From Balanoglossus misakiensis (Eukaryota; Animalia; Hemichordata), in contig CM082585.2 of assembly GCA_040954595.2 (NCBI GenBank), positions 6,411,808-6,475,807 of the forward strand: DNA of 64,000 bases. The letters are read 5' to 3'. The position numbers were made by a program, and so were the translations under genes. Below the pieces are notes generated by a model, which saw nothing but the letters and a program-made list of their open reading frames with translations, had not been told where the DNA came from and searched no databases. Below, in pieces: positions 1 to 15,350 of the stretch; the stretch's first letter is position 1, and each line of letters begins with the position of its first letter.

Positions 1-3000
1 ATCTGCTGAATTATATTATATAAGGAAGTATAAACAAAAAGCTTTGGACTCACGTTCAGCCAATCCATGTGGCACGTACGTCATATTGGAATAGGAATTT
101 TCCCCACTGCCGAGAGAGGGCGCTCACACATTTCACGACTGCTCATTCAAGTGCCACACCCATCCTGAATGATGAATGGGTCACCTGATGCAAACGGAAA
201 CAAAAGGCCTCTCATGCGAGTGAATATACACACGACAAAGCTCAGGCATTAAATTTCCTCAGAATATAAACCCCAGATTCAGCCAATCAGAAGGCTGGAT
301 TCAGATCAAGCATAATATATTTTCAAGTACAGTAAAAAGCTACACTGGATGGATCCTGTTCTACAATTTCTAATTCATATGGAAAAAAAATATGAATGAA
401 GGAGAAACCCTACAGGTAGAAATTAACAGTAATACACCATGAATACCAACAATCACAAGACATTCTATTGACTTTATTACATTACAAAGACTACATTACA
501 ATTGACAATGTACAAAACACGATATCCATCAACTATTAAGGAAAGTGAAGGGGTCGGACAGGGGTCATCAAAGGTCATAAATATATATAGATAATTAATT
601 TCCAGATTTGTTTCAAAAGCATAATATATTCAACATATCACCTGATTTTCTTCAAATAATCTTCATTATAATTACCATATATATCATAAAACCTCTGCCA
701 GTGTACTGGCACTTTCCTTAATACTAAAAACAGTCAAAAAAGTATTTCAGCATAAATATAGAGAATTGACCGTCGTGTTTACATCATGCTTTGTGGGATG
801 AACACTTAACGCGGTCGTTAACGGTGTTAGTATGTAAATCTAGGTAAATATAAGTATTATCCTAATACGGTAAATGGTTGAAATAACTATGGGATATATA
901 TAAAGACGAGTAAATTCGGTGATAGAAATATGATAATCTGCATGCTTCAAGGTGAGATGAAATGTGTAATGATAAAAGCTCTGTGTACAGTACAGAAAAT
1001 AGAAAATATGTGAAGATCGGCCCACTGATGCATGTAACAATCGACTGTATACACACACTGCAGTTTCAATATGTGTCAAATATTCATGTGAAATGATTGC
1101 TTTTCTGTTTCATCCCGACGCAATAGTGGCGTATCTACACATCAAAGGGATATTACTGTAAAATGGGGAATTTTGGCGACAGTATTGCTCACATGTCGCG
1201 TCATGCTCACCATGTACCCACAATGCACTGCACCTAATCTCACAATTGACTACCCATAATTTTAATGCATCCTGAACATAATTGTGCAACCAATGGAATT
1301 TGATGGGATAATGATCATCGCATTTCTATAGATACATATTATCCTTCATAAAACTATTAGGATTTCGGGTAGTTACAGTGATTATTACACACATCAGTGA
1401 AATTCCCAGCTTAACGCTACACAGTAAGCTCCTGAATAAAATAAAACATAGATTTTCAAAAAGCTGTTTAAGATTATGTGTGAAATTCACTCAATAAGTA
1501 ATGCTGACATAATAATATGAATTCTGTGTTTGATCTAAACACTTCAGCCGGTCATCAAATAAATATTTGATTTCGAAAACAGATAAAGCCTCTTTCCTAA
1601 TTATGGGTATTGCACTAGACTGGTGACTGTGTACAACTGCCTTCAATCATCTAAGAAAAGGGTACTGCCCTTACTTATTGCAAATGACATTACTTATTTA
1701 AAATGAGGTATGGTGAGAAACATCAAATGCAAAAACCAACAGAAAACTTATTTTGATTCGTCAAGTGTGAACTTTGACCCGGACTAGCAGTATCAGTTAC
1801 CTCACAGCGACCGATATAAATTCAAACCTTTCCTGTTTTGTCGGTTAAGTGAGAAATAGAAATGTCAATAATATTACGATGTGGTTCGATAATCTTTCTT
1901 GCGGTGTTGACATATGTGTCAAAGTATGTATAAAGGTGAGTCGGTACCATAATCTGATGAAATAATTTCCCAGTAGATTTGGGGTCCAAGCAGCATTGGA
2001 ATTATGACCAAAACTTAGCTTTTTTCTAAATTGCATAACACCATCTTAACTGGCTTTTATGCATCAATACATATTTCAGAACATGATTTGAAAAATAGTC
2101 GTTGAAATAAAAGTAGCATATTAGAATTTTCATTGTATCCTATGATTTCTGCACACATTACACAGCTGTCCCTGTTAATTAATACATTAATTAATTAATT
2201 AATCACGATCTACAGGGCTTTTTATTGTTAGCTTGGTTTTGAGTGCCAGTGAGAGTGAGAATATATATAATTATCAAATTAGAATTCAATTGATTAGCAA
2301 AGAATGGCCAAGATCATTTACAGAGTTTTACGAATTTGGCATTTTGCACATAATGTATATAAGTACATCTATAGCAGCCACCTTTTTTCTATTTTTGAAA
2401 CAATTTACATCATATATGTATATAGATGCTGCAAATTCGGTTGAAATTGTCCGTACATGTATATTTACAATAATTTTGAGATAAATCTGTCAGGATTTTT
2501 GAACGATAGACCGTTGTGTACCCATAACTACGTGTAATAATGACAAACAGGGCAGTTTGTAGACGCTCATTGATATCTCAAATACAATATTTCCATCAAC
2601 AGCTGAAAGTTAATTTTGAAGAGAAAATCGCAGAGATACACTATACAGCATACACATAGGAATGTATGTAAATGGTGAAAATCAGGTTTGGTGGTACAGA
2701 AATCGGGCAACTTCTATTGTACATTAATAGGTTACAAGAAAAATATTACTAATTTACTCATAAGTTCTAACAGAATATCAGCAAGTGATTTTGCTTATGC
2801 ACCAGAGTTAGATTCAAGAAGTAAGAATTGTCACTATGCTTGATTTTGAGACGAAATTCAAATCATATTGTCTGTCGATTCTGTCAGCCAAATGATGCAG
2901 ACTCTTCAACCCTTCACAATCGTTCGATAAAACTGCCATTTCTGTAATTACGGCAATCATCCTTCATTATTGCAGATTTTGATAACGCGTGCAAATAAGT

Positions 3001-3075
3001 GAGTTGAACATTTGAAATTCCCGGGAAATCCTAATCATTGCACATGCAACTACTAAAGCACCAACCAGAAATTAA

Positions 3076-3220
3076 CATTTTCCACCGACTTGGGTGGTAG
3101 TGATCATTTTCACTGACTTAGGTGGTAATGATCATTTTCCACTGACTTGGGTGGTAATATTATCATCATTTACCTAAGTGGTAAAATGACAATTTTTACT
3201 GATCTCAAGCAAGTGGTAAA
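3076..3220. repeat. Degenerate ~29-30-bp tandem repeat
   Basis: cattttccactgacttgggtggtaatgat repeated about 5 times with decay. Confidence 0.7.
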
Positions 3221-3548
3221 AGGAGGTACAATTTATATTTCAAGAAGTGAGAATTTTCAAACTTGGCTGTATGCCATCTGTCCTAATCACAGAACAATTC
3301 TACACTTCTGTATTTTTAACAGCACTCCTTTTCAGTTAAACACCACACAATGAGATTTTTTATCACAAAAACACCAAAAGCACTTTAGATTAATAATTTC
3401 AATTCTTAAAAAGAGCGCACAGCTTAGAAATTCACGAAAATAGCAAGTCATAATAAAAATGTGCAAATATAACCCTCTATTTATTTTTCGCTGTAATAGC
3501 ATATGAAAAGATGCTGAATGTGAATAGATTCTCTTGTTGTGCTATTTA

Positions 3549-3633
3549 CCCTTTCACCACAATGGTTCAGTCCATACCCATTGTTTTCCATGGTAAGGTT
3601 GGACCTCTAAAGATGGAACTGGGGGTGAAAGGG
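3549..3633. mobile_element. ~85-bp MITE, piggyBac-like (family A, copy 1)
   Basis: TIR CCCTTTCACC...GGTGAAAGGG with flanks ttta/ttaa. Homologous copies at 23057, 31714 and 45493. Confidence 0.7.
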
Positions 3634-3719
3634 TTAAACGTGATAGCATATAGTTCCCACATAGAAAGCCTACAAGGAAAAGATAACCCCCTGTATATCT
3701 ATGACTAAAACTATTTGCT

Positions 3720-6700
3720 TTAAACCATCTCGTATTTGTTAGAGTTGATGACTTTGGCCAGACAGCAAGCCAGGATGATACCAAATACCTACAAACAAGA
3801 AAAAAGAATCCAGTTATTTTTATAGAATACAGTCTTGAGGGAAATGCTATACCAAATTTGTTTGTGATATCCAAACCTGTTTGGGGGATGTTGCAATGTT
3901 TCTGTTAGTAGACATGAGTGTGTGTTTTTCTTTAATTCAGTAGCAGTACTGAGACAATTCCTATTAGATGCCAATGGTACATTGAAAACTTACCTGAAAG
4001 AATGCAACGCCCATTGCACATGCTCCAATGATGACCATGTTTTTGTCCAAAAATGAAGCAACTTTCTCATAGCAGCCCTGAAACACAGAACAGAAAAAAG
4101 ATCACCTTGTCAGAGAAATAGATAAACGGTAAAAGACCAATTATTCATTTTGGCGAGTTTTTCACTCTTGTGTCTACAAGTGGGATGAAAGTTGTGTGTG
4201 GTTCATTCACTATATATCAACATGTAGAATAACATAAACGGTGTCTGGTATCAAACATAATAAATGGAAAAAGTGCAGCGAGAGAGAGACTTTGTCCCTT
4301 TAAAGACAGATTTTCAAGACAAGTGTCAGAATTCTACCTTAATAGAGTATAGTACCTACTGTAAAATATTGTTTTAATCCCATAAAATATGATCATGACC
4401 TTGTGAAATTCATAATACTCACATCAGTGTAAATGGTAGGATCGCCTTGGCTTGGGTCCATCTGGCAGTCTTCAGCTTTGGACTCGGAACAGCAGCTTGA
4501 GGGGTACTGTTTATTGCTCTCAAAGTAAATTGTCTCAAGCCAATCTTCTGGGCCTTCCACTCCACAGCAATCTAACTGCAAGGTGATCATTACAAGATGA
4601 AATTCAGTGGTAAAAAACAATCAACCTTTAACAAATAATGAGTAATTTTCAGCCAGAGATGGGTACATTGATCAGAATGATTCCAGAAGGGTACATATGC
4701 TCAGAATTCACAGGACCGGGTAACTTAAAATACCAACACTGCCATTTTCCAGGAAACCTGTGTTTCTATGGTAAGTCAACATTCCATGATACCACAGGTT
4801 GTGGGGTCATGTAATTCCCGGACTTTCCAGCATTGAATTTTAGTTTTCTAGGAAATTTTAGAAGCAGTGATTATTTCCTGGACATGGACCCTATTCACAT
4901 TTACCATACAGTGCAGTGTACAATCAAGAAACGATTACCGTGTCTCTAAAACCTATTTACCACATGCATCATCATTCCAAAATACAATTCATATCTGTGT
5001 TTATATTCTTGCATTTGCTCCTGTTTTATCCTCATTTTTCAACTTACGCCCTTTTGTATTTCATCCACAGCCTCGCTGTCTGCTTGGTGTCCGTCCAGGC
5101 CGTATTCGTGCACTGAATTGTTCAACCCATTATGGAAGCCTTCCTGTATCTGTCAATTTCAAAATAATGCACAAATTACACCATATCATAATTTATCTCA
5201 ATATCAAAACAATTCACAAATGCTATGATATGAGGATACAATAATGTGTCGAAATAGACAACTGTAAATATCAAAATACGCCATAATATCACAACAAAAT
5301 AATTTCTTAAAATGGGCGACACTTGTTGAGTTCAATGACCCAAATACAGCAGAATATATTACAGATTTTAGAGAAGAGTATATTGTCCACAAACATGACA
5401 CACCGATTGATAAACAGATGCACTCAATATGGTTCAGCAGTGAATTTGAAAGCCGAGATCTAATAGCTTACCACCGTGCTGATGACCATACAAATTTAAT
5501 CTATACATCAATAGAAAATATGGGCTCGCAACAATTGTGTAGTCTTCGACAGATAAAGAGTGAATGTGACATACTTACTGGATGTCTGTAGACCAATCCA
5601 GAAATACCAGCAGCAAGTTCGGCAATCAGTACGACGAAGAGCAATAAACCATACTGAAAAAAAAAATTAAATGCAGAGAAGGAAAAAAATGGATTATAAG
5701 ATCTGTATTCTGGACAGTAAAATAAGCTGGTGGGATGAATGAAAAGTTACACCAATCGGAAAATGGTATCACCCACACCAAGGTGGGCGAAAGTTGGTCC
5801 TGGCGCTTTTTTCCCATGATTCAAATTACAGTAAACGCCATATTGGAAATTCTGCCAACTTTCCCTCGATTTTGTAAAAAATCGCGCAACTTATACATGG
5901 CGAATGTTTTTTTCTGATAGAGTGAGCTCAAAGCTACCAAATTATGTAGAAATCAGCTGGACCAGACTTCCCCTTTAACAAACCATACAGCTTGATAAAT
6001 GTCAATATTTGAAAATGAACTGATGGCTGATGTGAGATGATTTATCACAGGAAATCAAATGTTGACAAATTAGACACCGTGACTCAAATCATACTGATCT
6101 GAATTTCTAATAAATGCCACATGATATTTGCATATGGTGTTGTGAGTTTAACTGTTCACATACTTCACTGGTCACAGGAATATCATATTTCATTTTCTGA
6201 ATTACCACTTGATGTTAGGTGCCCGCATTTGAGATCATGTCCCCGCAATACGATATTTTACTTTCTGAATTAACAATTGATGTTAAGTGCATATATTTGT
6301 GATTACATTGCTTATTTTGATATACTTCCATTTCTATGAAATAGTATAGTTCCAAAGTTGAAATAGAACTTAGCAAAATGCCATTCTTATAAATAAATTT
6401 AAAAGGAAAGGTTTTATTTTCACATCAAACATTACAAATTTTCTTCAAGAAAACAGTGTCAACGATATTCGACACTGCAGTGTTCTGGGGTTCGTGGATC
6501 ATGTTTGGTGCTCCATGACCTATGACCTTTGATAGAACATAAGGAAACTATGAGTTACAGGATTTCGTCCCGACCTAAGGTTCTAAATCTGCACAGATGC
6601 CTTATGTTCGAGGGGAAATACTAAAACGAAATCTTCCTCTGTATAGAGTGCAAACTGCACCACTGAAAATAATTGGATTTGACCAAAACAATGGGAAAAA

Positions 6701-9700
6701 AAGTTCAAAGTTGACACAACTCACCAATCGGAGCAGCCAGGAAATATTCTTGAAAGTGGCGCAGCATCCTAGGAATCCAACGATGATGATGAACGCACCA
6801 GTTCCAATCAAGATGTAGGGTAGATTGGTGTAGTCATATGTGGATAATTCATTGTATTTGGCCATTCCTATCTTGCCCCATATTCCGATGGCTAGAATGG
6901 CTACACCACTACACTGTATTAGTAAAAATAAAATATACAATATATATAATAGTGATACACACCAATAAGTCATAGAGCCAATGTCAACACTTTAATTAAT
7001 GTCATATAACAGTTTATTCCTTTCAGTTTGGAGTACAATCGTTCCCCCCCCTGCAATAAAGTTTCTATCCATGGCATATGCCCACACTGACTTGACATCA
7101 CAATTTTAAACCCATGTATGCCTACTGTCAATATTAGCATTCCAAATACTTTGCCATTTACATTCACAACATGTCAAACCACGTTCTCCCCTGAAGTAAA
7201 TACATTCATGAATTTTTCTCATTTTCACAGTATAATGCACCTGACTATACGTGCCATGCCAGTACCTATCACAGCCATACAACCCATTCACTGAAAATTC
7301 TCTTGACATAATGGCCATGTTAGTAGTTAACTATAGATCTATTAGACCACACATTTTCTGTGAAGTTCATAATATTGCCATGACAAGGCCAAATGAAAAA
7401 TTAATGAGGACTTCACCAATATGACATATTTATGACTATACTTCATCAAGGACACAGAAACTCATTATATCTTTGCAGTTATAAATTATAAGGGTCGGTT
7501 CACAGCAAAGGCAGAGATATTATAGATTGTGAGCTATGTTTCTTGTGACCTATTTCCAAATACAAATTTTGTCGTTCACACAAGTGCACCATATTATTTT
7601 TGACAGTAAACCTGTTTAGAGCATAAGACAGACACACAGACGCATCCACATATGGGTGGAGAAAACTCTGAACAGATTCCAACTGTTTTAACACACCTTG
7701 AGACAATTGTTCTGAACATTATGTATGTATGTATGTATGTATGTATGTATGTATGTATGTATGTATGTATGTATGTATGTATGTATGTATGTATGTATGT
7801 ATGTATGTATGTATGTATGTACATGTATGTACATGTATGTATGTATGTATGTATGTATGTATGTATGTATGTATGTATGTATGTGTTGATGTACTCAGAT
7901 CGTGTGAGTATAGACACACACTCAGGACTAATCAAATCCTTTTTAGAGGATGTGCATATGACATGATGATTTTGTGTGCAGACTTGCTCGCTACATGAAC
8001 TGGTGCAGTATAGGTCTGGGTTCAAATCCTTTAAAATACAAGTCGATTACGTACTGGCAATATACAGACATGAAAGATTTGACAGTCGATCTGCTGTTAA
8101 TCAAACATATGACCTTATCACCTGACTCAATGATTACTTTCTTCATCAACTATAAGTTTTATCTATTCATCTAAAATTCTTTTGACGTGCATTTTACAAA
8201 TCTATGAGCTATATTTTACAGACACATGTATTATTATGTGAAATTTCACATTCTGGAATCATAACCCTGTTTGGATCAAGCTAGTACATTACAGGGCGAA
8301 TTTACAATAACGCTATGAGAGCTTATAAAATGCCTGGGGAGAATTACACATACATTCAAAGCAGCTGACATTCTGAACCGCAGCCGTCTCTCCTTGGGAA
8401 TGGTTACTATGGCAACGCAGATTGCTGCAAATTGTCTGAGTGAGTCAGACGACCAATTCTAGAAAGTCTACGACGGAGACAGGAAAAGAGACGTGGGTGT
8501 ATCGGATTGGCTGTAAATGAATGCAAAATACCAAAGAATTTGTCGGATTTCCTAAGACAGGAAAAAAAAAGATGTCTACCTAAGCTCCTTCTCACACATT
8601 TAAATTTCCCCTTCACCTCGTAGACGTCTCTTTCTCTGTTTAATTCAAAGTCACGTGATGGGATGTGACAAGTCCATCACCTAAATATGAGTTTTATTCA
8701 CGTTAATTAATTGACTAAAACTCTCAGACCACCCACACACGGCTATAATCAAACACACTTAACCTAATTTTCAGAAATTTCCTTGAAATTCATTTCGTTA
8801 ATAATTTATTTAGAACTCATCTTGACAGGTGGAATGGGCAAATGACATTGTCATAGATTGTCAGAAAAGGTGAAAAAGTCCAGAACATCTGTGTTTTTTT
8901 CTAAGAATTATGGTGAGTAACATCCCGAAATAAGCTATTTTATCCACTTTCCATCATTGATGTCCTTCAGAAATATAGTAACCTGAGCTGGTTGTAAAAT
9001 TTCATGATAAAATCATAACCAACATTTATGGTACTAATAAAACCCAGCATAATAGTCGTAGTCACTCGTTTAATGAGAAAAATAGATGATTCATTACATT
9101 TTGGTATTAGCGCAATGTAGTTTTGAAGATTCCTGAAAATCATAGATTTATTTTCATGTTAGCTCCATTTTTTAATTGTGATGTTGTCCTCATTTTATTT
9201 AACATAATCTTGCAAGGATATCCCCACCTTGGTGTTTTAAGCTACCCTGGTGATTCAGTTAAGCTGTGAAAAGGATTCTGTACATGGGGAAACTGACTTC
9301 AGCAAATACTGCATGTCAGCCAACCTTAAGGGAATACGTTTCCATGGAGACTGCCTCGTGACCTTTTCGTCTTTATTTGAGATGCTGTCGCCGTAATTAC
9401 GGTGAAGTCTTTAAGGATGTACACACGGCAAATCAGATTTACATATTGACTGTTCTTGCAGGATTACAGACAGAATTACTCGACACTCAGTCAAGAGTCC
9501 CGTGTCCTGTCTGTTACCATGGAAAGGTCGTGGGGAAACTCCCAAAGGTCATACTGGCAAAGCACTATGGGTAATAATTGCCCCCATCATTAGGCCAGCC
9601 TACCTGAAGATATTAGAATTGGAATATTTCTGCGCATGGAGATCTGAATTCTTGAGATGAGTTTGCAACAGATTTTGAAATTAAAATCCACATGTAGGCA

Positions 9701-12700
9701 AATTAAAATCAATCCTGACATTTATAGGCATTGCATTCTTCATGTATTTTCATCTAAATCATGATGGTTTCCAAGACACAGATTAGCATGACCTTTCTAC
9801 ATCAATCATTCCTCCACAATCGATAATGTCTGGTTATTATTCACCGTATATTTTCTGCCTTATCATTTTGCTTGTCATAAAAGGTTGCTATTTCTTACAA
9901 AGAGTCTATCATTTCAGTCAATAGTCGGTCACCTACAGATTTCGCATGCAACACAGTATATCTCAATACAGAGACTTTCAGGCCTTTAAAACGTTATTTA
10001 GCTGAAACTGCAGCTCACAAGAAAGTGCTCTTGCTTGAAGGCATCAGAGTAAACCAGAGAAAGAGACCAGCAGAGTAAATTATACGCTGTGAGAGAATCT
10101 AGTGTTCTCCCCAGTACAATCAAAGAGTATTGGCCAATACCTGTTAATTATTCGGAAACTCATTATCATAACAATTATTTAAATAAATGCAAATTAGCCA
10201 ATACATACTGTATCATAAATTGCTGGGGAGAACACTGCAATGATAAAAAAAAACTGATTAAAAACGATAACCTACCAGCATATTAAATAAGCCAAAAAAT
10301 AAACATGATGTCATACCAGACACCGGTATCTCTTTCTATACATCTAGATCAAGAATTTTCTTTTCACAAGGGTCCATTTGAATTACAGCATCATGTTTCG
10401 AAACAAATCCATCAAAAGCTTATCAATATCAGTATGCTCGTCCATCAAATTATCATGCTGTGGGAACTTTTGTTCTACACGGCGTGCCTTTATAATTTGC
10501 AGTCGTCTTCTCCTAAATATCAAAAGACTCATACACTACATGTTATTTTATATTCACAAATTGAAAAAAAAAATGAATAAATTTTTTAGTCAGACTGACT
10601 TCTTTCTGTAAAGGTTTAATTCTAGGAATACTGCATTTTTTTATATCTTAATTTTACAGAATACAGTATTATTAACTGCAATTTTTATATCCTAATTTTA
10701 CAGAATATTATTATTCCTGAGACAGTTTGAATACACAACTGTCTGCGCGACAGTCCCTCCATTGTAACTTATAAGGAATGACTACACGCATATATGAAGC
10801 TGGCTGATTGTCATTCTGTCTATGTATTATATCCGGTCTACGTCATTTCTACCTAAGGACACTCATCCATTCTGATCTGGGAATAAGAAATGCAATGAGA
10901 CAGGGATGGCAGATCTTAGCAAGACGGTATTATCATTGAAGATGTCATACATTATTCACCTGATTCCGGGGTGGGTCCACTACAGGTTGTGCTGGGATCA
11001 TAATACATGTATGCAATAACGATACAGACGTATATGTACTTTTATTTTGTCTTATTTTGTGTTTATTAAATTGTGTATTTGTCTATTTGTGTAGATTATT
11101 TTTACCCTTGTGATCAATGTATTGACGTATATCATGCTGCCATCTTAATTGGGATAATAAAGATTTTATTGATTAAATGATTGCTTGATTGAGTTTGTAA
11201 TAATTATCGGGTAATTTGAATTTGCATACTACGATTAAAAGTGGCTATAATTGGATTTTCATTAATTCCCGGTATTAAAAGGACAGAATGTACAACTTCT
11301 GATGTTATTTTGGGGTGTAGTTGTGTAGGCTACAAGGTATATATCCACATGCAGAATAACGTAAACGGTGTCTTGTATCAAACATAATGGAAAAAGGGCA
11401 GTTAGAGACATTGTCCCTTTAAAGGAAGAAACCTTTAGGTCAACAGAGGACGTTACTGCAATCACCGTCTGTGTGTTAAGTCAATTGCTCAATCACGCTC
11501 TCACCATCCTTGCCTGTTTAAAATTTCACCTGAATCAACATTCCGACACACAGCGGAATGTTGGATTAGTTTCCCCGAGATTCACACAGGATTACTTTGT
11601 GATGCAAAACAGAACTGATTAGCAAGAGAATTGACGGATGTACCACGTAAGATCTCTTCTGTGTGTGGGGATTGTATCCATTGTCCAAGCAACATTGCAC
11701 GGTTGCAGATTGCAGAATAATTAGAGCTAATTTACTTCACTATAATTGTGCAAAGAGTGTGCAATGAATTATTTTAATGTATCTATATGTAAATGAAACA
11801 CCTAAACGTAGCGACGTTCCTAGCTCTATTTTTTCAATTCCCAAAGAGAAATGAAATTCTCATTTAAAAATTCCGTCCAGAGAACTCTTCCTGATCCACG
11901 GAAATTCAAAGATAAAACTGGCATTATCTGTGTTGATGATTCCCAGTCGACCACCGCCCTCATTTCCGGCCAATCTATCACTGTCAGCAGAGAGCAATTT
12001 GATGGACAGACACTCAATTATCTCCAAAGTTGTCATAATCTTGCTTTTTTTTCACAATGAAGACTATTGTATCGTTCAGTCTACATGGCCAGAGGAAAAT
12101 CGTCTCAGTCTGTAATGATATGCAGACTTATGGACCGACTTAAATGACAAAGACAGGCTCCAACTGATCAGCTCTTACAATTATTAATAATTCAGGTTTT
12201 GCTCTAAATTTAGAGTTTATTACTATTGTGATAAATTTGTCATGAAAATAACTGTTCGCTCTAAAATAAGATTAAAAGATTAATTTGAGGGAGAGTGATC
12301 AAAACACTCCCCAACATATCATGCACATAATAAATGATTTGGTTTTAATTTAACCCTGCCAATCACTTTTTTGTTAAAATGTCTTCGCTCAAGATGGGAA
12401 AGTCAATCATACTAAATATTCTCCCATCCCCAAAAGATAGAAAGGCCTATTCTATATTCAAATGAACCTCATGTAGCAATTTCCCTGCTGTCGTTTCAGC
12501 GCATCGAAGAACATACCACTTTTCAATGCTTATTTCAAACGGGGGAGGTGAATTTTAGATTTTAATGTCTTCTGACAACGAATACTTCAGGTATTTTGTG
12601 AATAAATATTTTATGGTGACGAAAATTATGTGTATAAGCAACTGTCACTTAAATTCACAGATAACATTCACTCGACCGTGATAGTTTGATATTCAGTCAG

Positions 12701-15350
12701 GTGAATTATTTGCATAAAATGCTTTGTAAAATATATGTTTCAAATATCTCTTTAGAATTAGTTTACAAATGTTTCTACACAAAATATCATGCCATACAGC
12801 AAGCATACAGGATTGTATTTGAAAATGAACATACATACAATTAAGTGCTTTTGTATCTTATTGATTCATTCTAATTGAACGAAAAGGGCTTCAATTACTG
12901 ATACTTCCAATGCAATTTAACAGCATATTGAAACATTATCTACATTGTTGTCATATTGGCTGTTAATTGCCAATTATAGGTATGAAATGAGAGACATCTT
13001 ATCTTTATGTTAGAAATGAAAGCCTGCAGCAGCCAACGAAATGACGTTTGGCACGGTCGACCGCGAAAATAGACAACAATGAATAAGTCATGAAACTCCC
13101 TGGCAAGTTAATGACAGAGTTGAAGGATATTTCGGTCAACTGATATTTTCGTTTCACATGATATCACACGAGAAAGGTCTATGTCATCTCTCGTAAAATG
13201 TCGTACTTAAATTTCTGGTATACACACCCGATGTCGACAGGTTACCATATGGACTGAATTTGAACAGACGGACGGACTGCATCCGATTTGCATCAAAATA
13301 ACCCACCATGACAATTCTTGGATCGCGATTAATTCACGATCATTACAATCACAGCTATGCACTGAAAATAAATACTGGTATCTCAGTCATCTACTTTTTC
13401 TGTTTGTGATATTATTATTTTTTCTTTACAATGATCCTGTTTGTGATGAATTTGCAGTACCAGCAAGTAAGCTAATGCTTTAATATGCAGAGACAATAGA
13501 TGAGAAAGATCTCATTTGTGAACGACCAGACATACATTTAAAATGTCCCATTCCACTTGAAAGCACTCCGAAGGGTCCATCAACATCTGTTTTAGAGTAT
13601 AAAAACATTCTCTTTTTTAAGTGAAAACATTTCATGAGTGTTATACTCACTAGCAGTGCCTGGATAGTGCGGTTAATTGTCAGAATGGAATAAACCTATT
13701 GATGTTTCAACCCAAGAACACATTTTCAGCCCATTTAGTGTTTTTGATCAATATTTTGCCTAACGCTGCAGTGATCAGAATATAAAATGCACACCTGTGC
13801 TTTGAAAAGAAAGTATCTGTACGGGAATTAGTACATGCAGTTTATTTTCTGGCAAAAGGATGATTCAATTGTACGGCTATAAATGGGGGTGTGAGCTAGA
13901 TTCTACCTGAAAGACATGCAAGATGTTAAGGAGTACTTCGGCCAAAATCTTGTAATTTTAGGAAATAGCATTATCATAATTATACCGTTATGCAAATTAG
14001 TAACGTTGCATGAGAAATTCACGGAGAGACCATTGAAATGAAATTAATACCATATTTCAGATTTGTTCAAAGTCGTTGAATACAAATAAATGTAAAGTTG
14101 TTTACTACAACTTGTGCATCTCTCTATATTTCATGCCCCGTTTCATTTGGTGTGTGCCAATTCGTGTACAGTAGCTCATCACAAATGCATCAGGTCTGTA
14201 CACTAGGGAAGACGATTATCCAGCTAGTCACCCCCAGAATCCCCGGGATAACAACCTCCCTGTATCGCATTCGCCCACACAGTTTTATATCAAAATCACA
14301 TAAAAATATGAGAATTTACTCATTTTGGCCTGATTTAACTGCACATGCAATTAATGCACACATCCACTTAGCACACCTGTTAATACATGCATATCTTTGT
14401 TTGCAAACTTCCTAATTATTCTGTATTGTACACTTTCCCCCATTCCCTAGTCTTTTCAGTTTATCACACATTTGGATAAAACAATGCTGTCAGTTTAAGA
14501 CTGAATATATTAATTTATAATAATTTGCATTGCTAGCTCAGTTCATGTGTCAATTAGAGATGATACAAACCATTTCCTCTGTTTAAAAAAAATGTTTCTT
14601 TTTTTATTGTGAGGGCAATTAAGATGTTTTGGTTACATTGTTATACAGCTCATGATTAATATTGTATGATTGATCGTATCTTTCTTATAATAATAGTTAA
14701 TATTTCCGAAAAAATGGTTTAGCATTTACCGGTATACAACATTGATGGAAATAAACTCCTCTTTAGTGTCAATTATGCTAATCATCAGTGTATAATACGT
14801 TTTGAATAATTTACCTGTTCAAACCATATTTGGAAGAAAATATGGAAAATGTATCAATTGACTAAAATAAACCTGAACCCTGTATGTACCGTTGTGAAAT
14901 CATCAGAAAGTGCGCCACAAGTTCATTAGTAAAACCTGCTACGTGGCACAGACTTACAGACTTATCGAAATCCTTGTTGTTTTACCTTCTCGCTGCAGTG
15001 TATGTAAGGTGTTCATTGAAACGAAAGACCAGTGTGCGTTTTTGAGGAAATCCTTTGGTGAAAGTCATTCATATTGTTGAGTTTTCTCCGCTTGGAAACG
15101 ACCACATTAACAAGGCCTGGCACAAATTCCGTCATCTTTTATCTAATATAAAGAAGTGTTCTAGGAAGAGATTCATGGGATCTTTTATATGCATGAATAT
15201 TCGTGCATTGACAGAGTGCTTGTGAGGTCGATCGATCGTTCAATCAAGAACTTTGATTAAAATCTAACTTACCCAAAAAATAAAGTTGAAAATCGTCAGT
15301 AGCATTTTCAGACAGCCCATGGCCGCTGTGGTCTGTAGTCTCTTCGTCAT
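3720..15350 (-). CDS. TSPAN7: Tetraspanin, TSPAN6/7-type, 7 coding exons: 15350-15273, 6913-6725, 5653-5579, 5149-5048, 4575-4423, 4077-3994, 3788-3720 (750 nt, 249 aa)
   Basis: All introns are GT-AG and phase 0, and the frame stays open when joined. N-terminus is MTKRLQTTAAMGCLKMLLTIFNFIFW, there are four hydrophobic segments, GFLGCCA, an EC2 with CCG and PSSCC, and the C-terminus NSNKYEMV* matches the TSPAN6/7 YxxPhi tail (NQYEMV/NQYEIV). Likely a co-orthologue of TSPAN6 and TSPAN7. Confidence 0.9.
7720..7884. repeat. (TATG)n microsatellite
   Basis: About 40 units, directly visible. Confidence 0.97.
11275..11422. mobile_element. MITE family C (ttaaAGGGACA...TGTCCCTttaa, Kolobok-like); related copies at ~4130-4303 and 61437-61598
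   Basis: 11356-11422 is nearly identical to 4231-4303 (taaacggtgtct.gtatcaaacataat...ttgtccctttaa). 61437-61598 has both termini, ttaaagggacaa and ttgtccctttaa. Confidence 0.55.

Noticed and set aside
1608-1630. Plus-strand TATTGCACTAGAC resembling a miR-92 mature start
   Set aside because: There is no complementary arm nearby, so it is treated as a target site on the minus strand.
7594-8025. ORFs with MYVC/YIHT repeats (also 52360-52794)
   Set aside because: They are translations of (TATG)n microsatellites.
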